From a virus (Duplodnaviria; Caudoviricetes), in IMG/VR virus record IMGVR_UViG_3300048599_000906, positions 1 through 38,081 of that record: DNA of 38,081 bases; one strand, 5' to 3'. This document shows positions 33,001-38,081 of the stretch, piece after piece. Within the stretch, counting starts at the first letter, position 1; the number at the start of each line of letters is the position of its first letter. The notes under the pieces are model-generated. The model was not told the origin of the DNA. It ran no database searches and was given only the letters and a program-made list of their open reading frames with translations. A program made the translations under genes and the position numbers.

Positions 33001-33429
33001 TCACCGCCTGAACGCCAGCTGGACTATAAACGCGATAATGCCGACGAGGCCGCCGGCAGTGATGAAATTTGTAACGAAGAGCAAGTCGCGGATCTCTGAC
33101 GCTGTGTGGCCCTGCTGCATGAAATGCAATGCGAAACGGAGATCCACGGGCGCGAACAGCGCATATAACAGCCCAGCGCAGGCGCCCAGAGATATCGCCC
33201 TGAAGAATATGTCGCCTGATGTGGTTTTGTTGAATGCCAGCCCGCAGTGCGGGCACATGTCTGCGTTTTTGGAGACTGCCATGCGGCAATCAGGACAGTT
33301 TTTCATCTTGCCGGTCAGCGCCGGCGCAGCGGGCGCGGGCTCTGGTTCAGGCTCTGCGGGCGGCCGTTTTGGCGTTTCATCGACGGCCCTGAGGGCCTCT
33401 TGTTTCAACTTCTCAAAATCGCCGGACAT
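33001..33429 (-). CDS. Zinc-ribbon, two-TM membrane protein downstream of the repressor (probably lysogen-expressed)
   Basis: CPDC....S.NA..CPHCG followed by two hydrophobic helices. Confidence 0.7.
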   Translation of the reverse strand: MSGDFEKLKQEALRAVDETPKRPPAEPEPEPAPAAPALTGKMKNCPDCRMAVSKNADMCPHCGLAFNKTTSGDIFFRAISLGACAGLLYALFAPVDLRFALHFMQQGHTASEIRDLLFVTNFITAGGLVGIIAFIVQLAFRR

Positions 33430-33523
33430 GCGCAATTATAGCATATAGCCGCCCGGCTTGTCCTTATATATAAGCCCTCCGCAAAGCCCCCCCTCCCCAG
33501 TTTGGCTTTGCGCAGGATTTATA

Positions 33524-34165
33524 TCAGTCTAAAACTACCTTACGCCTGCAATCTACTATTTTACCTACAACTTTAAATATACACTCCTCCGTTAGTTCCA
33601 TGCTGCGCCCCATGGCGTCGTAGAGCAGCTCGGCGCCCTCTTTGGTTTTTACATAGCGACGGGCGAATAAAGCCCCGTGGCGGTCGGTTACGGCTACATA
33701 CGAGCCGCTTTCGGGCTGCGCGTCGGTGCGGAAAAAGACCATATCTGCGACGGATATGGGCGGGTTCCGGCTGTTATCCGCTGCGATAAAAACCAGAGCT
33801 CCCTGCAATTCCTCGTCCTCAGGCAAATACATGTAGCTGACTTCCTCCCCCTCTTTATATGGCCACCTGTTTATAATAGGCGCCTTATAAATATTACCGC
33901 CCGGGGGCGGAATTTGACGATTATAATATGTTTTTTCTTCGCAGACCATGCTCGCTGTAGGCTCATCTATTCCTAACAGGTAATCGCTTGATACGCAGAA
34001 AAACGTGGCTATTTTAAAAATATTTTCACCGCCCGGCATGCTTTTGCCTGCCAAATAATCTTGGAATGTCCTGTATTTTATATCACATAGTTCCGATATC
34101 TCCCTGAGATTTAAGGGAGAATTGCTAACTAACTCTTTAAGACGTGTTTGCACGATATTTTGCAT
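33524..34165 (-). CDS. CI-like repressor (XRE HTH plus degenerate S24 domain)
   Basis: LREISELCDIKYRTFQDYLAGKSMP...IATFFCVSSDYLLG; C-terminal DNSRNP.I...D.V...G..V....FARR...VVGKIV. Confidence 0.88.
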   Translation of the reverse strand: MQNIVQTRLKELVSNSPLNLREISELCDIKYRTFQDYLAGKSMPGGENIFKIATFFCVSSDYLLGIDEPTASMVCEEKTYYNRQIPPPGGNIYKAPIINRWPYKEGEEVSYMYLPEDEELQGALVFIAADNSRNPPISVADMVFFRTDAQPESGSYVAVTDRHGALFARRYVKTKEGAELLYDAMGRSMELTEECIFKVVGKIVDCRRKVVLD

Positions 34166-34172
34166 AGCCCTC

Positions 34173-34202
34173 TTGACTTTGTACGGTTTTCCGTGCTATC
34201 TT
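34173..34202 (+). promoter_or_regulatory. Early rightward promoter with an operator-like palindrome in its spacer
   Basis: TTGACT-N18-TATCTT with extended TG; GTACGG-TTTT-CCGTGC at 34181-34196; GGTTTTCCGTG repeated at 34423-34433. Confidence 0.7.
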
Positions 34203-34496
34203 TAGGCATGGCGACTACACTGCACATGAGTTTTTACCTTGCACGCATCCCCATATGTACTACATATGCGTCAGCCCTGCTCCTGTTTTGTTGGGGTGTC
34301 ATCGCGCGCCAAATGGGCGCAGCGATACCGTCGCCAACGGCCCCCAACAATACCGCATGGCGGCGTCCAAACCTCCCAAAGGCTCCGGGCGCCGTCATGC
34401 TCTATTACTACATTAATTATAAGGTTTTCCGTGGCCATAATCAATTATGGCCGTTAGCAATAATTTACACAATTATATTAATGATGGAGGACTATA

Positions 34497-34958
34497 ATGC
34501 GATCGTGTGAGGCCTTGCAGGCAGCCATAAATGGCAAAACCGTAGAATTTGCGAAGGAGTTGCATTTAGCCACGCCGACGCTGCATAAATGGCAGGAACC
34601 AACGGGCGATTTTACGGACAGCGGCGCATACAACCCGCTAGATCGCATTGAGACCATAGTTCGCAAGGCCCTGGAGCTGAAAAGCCCCGGCGCGCTTAAC
34701 CCTATATATTACCTCTGCGAACAGCTTGGTTTGCTGGCCATCCCGATGCCCACTATCACTGCAAGCGATGTGATTACTGATGATCTCGTTAAAAGTATTG
34801 AGCGTTTCGGCGCCTTGGCGCAGACGGCCAGCAAGGCCATTGCGGACCAAAAGATTGAGCCCCATGAGGCGCGCGATATACGCGCCGACGGCATGTCTGC
34901 CATACGGGCGATCCTGACCATAGTCAAGGATGCCGAGCAGGCGGCAGGCCTGAAGTGA
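34497..34958 (+). CDS. Phage regulatory CII-like (CP76-type) protein
   Basis: N-terminal HTH (FAKELHLATPTLHKWQEP), NPLDRI, C-terminal FG.L......A.AD.KI...E...I. Confidence 0.7.
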   Translation: MRSCEALQAAINGKTVEFAKELHLATPTLHKWQEPTGDFTDSGAYNPLDRIETIVRKALELKSPGALNPIYYLCEQLGLLAIPMPTITASDVITDDLVKSIERFGALAQTASKAIADQKIEPHEARDIRADGMSAIRAILTIVKDAEQAAGLK

Positions 34959-35422
34959 CGAATCGCAAAGATAAGCGCCGCCGCAATAGGACGGTCGGCC
35001 CTGAAGACACTACTGCCATGGTGATCCTCCCTTCAGGCGCGCCCGCCCTCCCACGCGGCGCACAGACGCGCAACGACGGGCCTGCAGTTGCCCCGTCGGC
35101 TCCGGTCGCATATACTGCGCCGGAGCGCGCGTCCTCCCATATCTCGCGGCCCGCTGCGGCCCAGGAGGCATCTATGAAAAATGCGCTGTTGGTGGTACTG
35201 CTGATCGGTCTCATAATGCTGTCGGGGGTGGCGGTGGATCTCGCAACTACGCGGGTGAACGCCGAGCAGGCGGTAGAAAACGCATACGTGAACGGCTACA
35301 TGGACGCCCGAAAAGGCGTGTTGCCCAAGTACCCTGAGTACACGAAATGGAACAAGCCTTCGCCGTTTACGGTCGCGGGCGCGGGAGACCAGGGCATGCG
35401 TCATACCCTGGGCGGTAAATAG
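34955..35422 (+). CDS. Hypothetical membrane-anchored protein (alternative start at 35174)
   Basis: GTGA overlap; AGGAGG RBS before MKNALLVVLLIGLIMLSGVAV. Confidence 0.5.
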   Translation: MTNRKDKRRRNRTVGPEDTTAMVILPSGAPALPRGAQTRNDGPAVAPSAPVAYTAPERASSHISRPAAAQEASMKNALLVVLLIGLIMLSGVAVDLATTRVNAEQAVENAYVNGYMDARKGVLPKYPEYTKWNKPSPFTVAGAGDQGMRHTLGGK

Positions 35423-35424
35423 CC

Positions 35425-35685
35425 ATGCGCACGGGGCAGTCTCATGCCGCGCTGCTGGATAACAGCCCCCGGTTGCAGCGCGTTTTGACGCTGCTGCAGG
35501 AAGGGCCAAAAACGACCCGGGAGCTTGCGCGCATGGCTGATGTATGCGCGGTGAACAGCATAGTGAGCGAGCTGAGACGTAACGGCTGCCTTATCGCCTG
35601 CGCGGCCGTGGACGGCCGGAAAGGCATTTATCTTTACACGCTTATTTTCTGCCCTGTAAAGGAGGGGCTGTGTTTAACCGCATAA
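35425..35685 (+). CDS. Winged-helix DNA-binding protein
   Basis: RVLTLLQEGPKTTRELA....CAVNSIVSELRRNG..I. Confidence 0.7.
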   Translation: MRTGQSHAALLDNSPRLQRVLTLLQEGPKTTRELARMADVCAVNSIVSELRRNGCLIACAAVDGRKGIYLYTLIFCPVKEGLCLTA

Positions 35686-36068
35686 TTTTAATAGGCAACC
35701 TCACCAAAGACCCGGAGGTAAGATATACGCCCGGCGGGACACCGGTTGTCACCGTGCCTATCGCCGTCAACTCGAAATTCAAACAGGCGGACGAGATGAA
35801 GGACGAGGTCCTCTTTATCGACTGCGTGGTCTTCGGCAAGCAGGCCGAGGCCTGCGGCCAGTATCTCAGCAAGGGCAGGTCTGTGCTTGTGGAGGGCAGG
35901 CTGCGGGAGAGACGCTGGGAATATGAAGGCCAGAAGAAGAGCAAGATGGAGGTTATAGCGAACACTGTGCGTTTCCTCTCAAAGAAGGAGAGCGGCGCGG
36001 GGGCCTCCGGCGCGTCAGGCGCATATAATGACATACCAAGTGAGGATACAAACCTTGAGCCGTTCTAG
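35670..36068 (+). CDS. ssb: Single-stranded DNA-binding protein
   Basis: NRIILIGNLTKDPEVRYTP, YLSKGRSVLVEGRL, acidic C-terminal tail ending EPF. Confidence 0.97.
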   Translation: MFNRIILIGNLTKDPEVRYTPGGTPVVTVPIAVNSKFKQADEMKDEVLFIDCVVFGKQAEACGQYLSKGRSVLVEGRLRERRWEYEGQKKSKMEVIANTVRFLSKKESGAGASGASGAYNDIPSEDTNLEPF

Positions 36069-36414
36069 CGCAACCCTCGATACAACTTTCACCTGCGGCC
36101 CTCACGGCTGCGAAGGGCTGTCAATCCGTTGCTGTCTCAGCAGGCAGCAGACGGCTGCAGCTATCGCCAACAAGGGCCGCAATTGGCGCGCCTGCAAGGG
36201 GCAGAGATACGAGTCCCCGGAATATTACAACTGTCTCTCGTGCCCCCAGGGCAAAGTTTTTGCGCAGCAGTTCCCTGACTTCAAACGCGCGAAGCGCAGC
36301 CGACGCGAACAGGCTGCTATTAGCGGCAAGGAGGGCGGGCGTAAATCCGCCGGTAAGCGGCGGTACGCAAACCCATACAGTTTTCATTTCGAGGCAGGAG
36401 CAAAGCATGCCTGA
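36028..36414 (+). CDS. Cys-rich hypothetical protein with basic C-terminus
   Basis: FTC....C..LS...C..RQ...CLSCPQG; start codon uncertain. Confidence 0.55.
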   Translation: MTYQVRIQTLSRSSATLDTTFTCGPHGCEGLSIRCCLSRQQTAAAIANKGRNWRACKGQRYESPEYYNCLSCPQGKVFAQQFPDFKRAKRSRREQAAISGKEGGRKSAGKRRYANPYSFHFEAGAKHA

Positions 36415-36814
36415 CATTAATTTATTAGATTTCTGCAGGACATGCGGCGAGCGGACGAAGGCTAAGGGTTTTAATACCTCTCAGCACAATTTGCAAATTG
36501 CGCTTATTGCCACCGAAGTGGCCGAGGCCCTGGAAAACCTGACGTTGCCGCGGGATGAGCGTATTAGCCTGCTGATTTGCAAGCTGCTCGTATGGGCTAA
36601 CGACCTGGAATATTACCGCCGCATGTCGACGCATATTTACGACAATGGCGCTGTGCGCAATATGCCCGCCCTGCTGGAAGAGCTTGCGGATATCCAGATC
36701 CGCCTGGCCAGCTATATTGGCGGCAACGGCTGGACTGAACAGTTTATCGCCGCGCTGACGGCAAAAATGGAGAAAAATCAGGCCCGGCCGCATAAACATG
36801 GCAAGGGGTTTTGA
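36407..36814 (+). CDS. MazG-like nucleotide pyrophosphohydrolase
   Basis: IALIATEVAEALE...EELADIQIRL...KMEKNQARPHKHGK; AGGAG RBS. Confidence 0.82.
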   Translation: MPDINLLDFCRTCGERTKAKGFNTSQHNLQIALIATEVAEALENLTLPRDERISLLICKLLVWANDLEYYRRMSTHIYDNGAVRNMPALLEELADIQIRLASYIGGNGWTEQFIAALTAKMEKNQARPHKHGKGF

Positions 36815-37074
36815 TCGGGAAAATGAAAGTCGCAAAAGAAATAAGGCCCATTGATGTACTCTGCACTGCCAGGTGGCTGACCATGGCCGAGGCCTGCGAG
36901 TACAGCCGTAAATCTATTAACACCCTCAAAAAGCTTATCGCATCGGGTAAAATATATGCAGATAAGCGGGGCGAGTGGACTGTCGACCGGCAGAGCATTG
37001 ATGATTATTTCAACGCCCGCCGGGACGACATGAATATTTTCCTCGCCAAAAAAAGGAGGGTGTTATGCAACTAA
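36811..37074 (+). CDS. Excisionase-like HTH protein
   Basis: WLTMAEACEYSRKSINTLKKLIASGKI.A....GEW.VDRQSID; overlaps the integrase start. Confidence 0.8.
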   Translation: MIGKMKVAKEIRPIDVLCTARWLTMAEACEYSRKSINTLKKLIASGKIYADKRGEWTVDRQSIDDYFNARRDDMNIFLAKKRRVLCN

Positions 37075-38081
37075 AGCGGCGGGGCAATGGGTATTATTAC
37101 ATTTATTTCGACCGACAGCGGCAGAAGAGTCTGAAAACCAAGGATCTCGTTTGCGCTGTAAAACTCCTCGAAATGGAAGAGCAGGTCGAGCGCAAGGCGC
37201 AGGTGTATGAACTCGGCAAGGTGGCGCGCATCAAAATATCCGAGCTGCATGCTGAATACCTGCGGCATCGGGCTATTTCGGATGTTTCGAGCGGCACCAT
37301 CAAAAACGATGACCTGGCATTTAAAAAGTTTATTGAGTACAATGGCGATCTTTTGGCGCGCTCTGTAAAACGTGAGACCATTGACACATACAAGACAGAG
37401 CTGCTAAGTAAAGGGCTGACCCGGGAGTATATAAATACCCTGCTTCGGCCTATGCTCACAGCGTTCGGCTATGCGCTCGATAAGGGCTATATCGACAAAA
37501 ACCCTTTTCTGAAGCGGCGCGGCGAAAAATGGAACCTCACGTTCCGCACCGATGACGAGGTGCCCAGGTATTTGTCTATGTCCGAAATCAAGGCCCTGCT
37601 GGGGAAAATCGAAGATCCTGATTACCGGGTCGTAATAAATTTCTTCCTCTACACCGGCCTGCGCAGGGCTGAAGTGGCGCGGCTGCAGGTCACGGATATC
37701 GATCTGGAAAATAACCTCATAATTGTGCGCAAAACTAAGAGTAAGCGGGGCCGGACGGTGCCCATACATGAGGATCTGCGGCCGATGCTGCGGCAATTTA
37801 TTAGGGGCGATATCGGCCCGTTATTCCCGCGCTGGAGATCTGCCGACACCTACACTACCATGTTTGTGGAGCTGGCCAAATCGGCGCATGTGGATGCGAG
37901 GCTGCATGATCTAAGACATACCTTTGCGAGTTATCTTGCCATGGCCGATACCGATTTGAAGCGTATCAAGGACCTTCTTGGTCATAGCGATATGAAGACC
38001 ACGGAACGCTATGCGAAGGTGAAAACAGAGCACCTGCGTCAAAGCGTCAATAAACTGAAATTCGGAGGCGGGCAGGGATAA
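37065..38081 (+). CDS. int: Tyrosine integrase
   Basis: YTGLRRAE (R), KTK (K), HDLRHTFAS (HxxR), LLGH (H), TTERY (Y); short N-terminal beta arm-binding-like segment. Confidence 0.96.
   Translation: MQLKRRGNGYYYIYFDRQRQKSLKTKDLVCAVKLLEMEEQVERKAQVYELGKVARIKISELHAEYLRHRAISDVSSGTIKNDDLAFKKFIEYNGDLLARSVKRETIDTYKTELLSKGLTREYINTLLRPMLTAFGYALDKGYIDKNPFLKRRGEKWNLTFRTDDEVPRYLSMSEIKALLGKIEDPDYRVVINFFLYTGLRRAEVARLQVTDIDLENNLIIVRKTKSKRGRTVPIHEDLRPMLRQFIRGDIGPLFPRWRSADTYTTMFVELAKSAHVDARLHDLRHTFASYLAMADTDLKRIKDLLGHSDMKTTERYAKVKTEHLRQSVNKLKFGGGQG

Larger units (their letters stand above)
673..38081 (+). mobile_element. Lambda-like (cos, siphovirus-type) prophage; exact att sites unresolved, right att lies beyond the window
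   Basis: Replication, cos, terminase, portal, protease-capsid, lysis, tail, repressor, xis and tyrosine integrase genes next to tRNA genes. Confidence 0.93.

Noticed and set aside
34148-34510. 120-aa ORF as Cro
   Set aside because: No HTH pattern or RBS; it overlaps the repressor start, the promoter and the palindromes
37065-38081. The integrase as the integron integrase for the attC array
   Set aside because: No IntI-specific insertion between the RTVP patch and the HxLRH box; it is coupled to xis like a standard phage integrase

Overview
The first ~0.7 kb is host sequence: a small ORF and a minus-strand tRNA-Gln(CTG)/tRNA-Glu(CTC) pair. The rest is an apparently near-complete ~37.4 kb lambda-like (cos-type, long non-contractile tail) prophage. 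Gene order: replication initiator with iterons, gpZ-like gene, cos, ParB-like gene, accessory genes, terminase, a reverse-oriented moron, portal, ClpP-capsid fusion, lysis genes, tail genes, repressor, and an early operon ending in xis-int at the window edge. The most notable signals are: (1) three integron-type attC sites on the minus strand at 5263-6208, with no integron integrase in the window, and cassette ORFs that run antisense to the attCs and start inside them; (2) an AcrVA2-family anti-CRISPR operon with an RHH regulator and unknown genes; (3) two tail-fibre proteins with Sec-type signal peptides; (4) an att position that appears to cut the replication gene off from the early operon and faces the 5' end of the tRNA. 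All family calls come from motif recognition by eye, not database searches.
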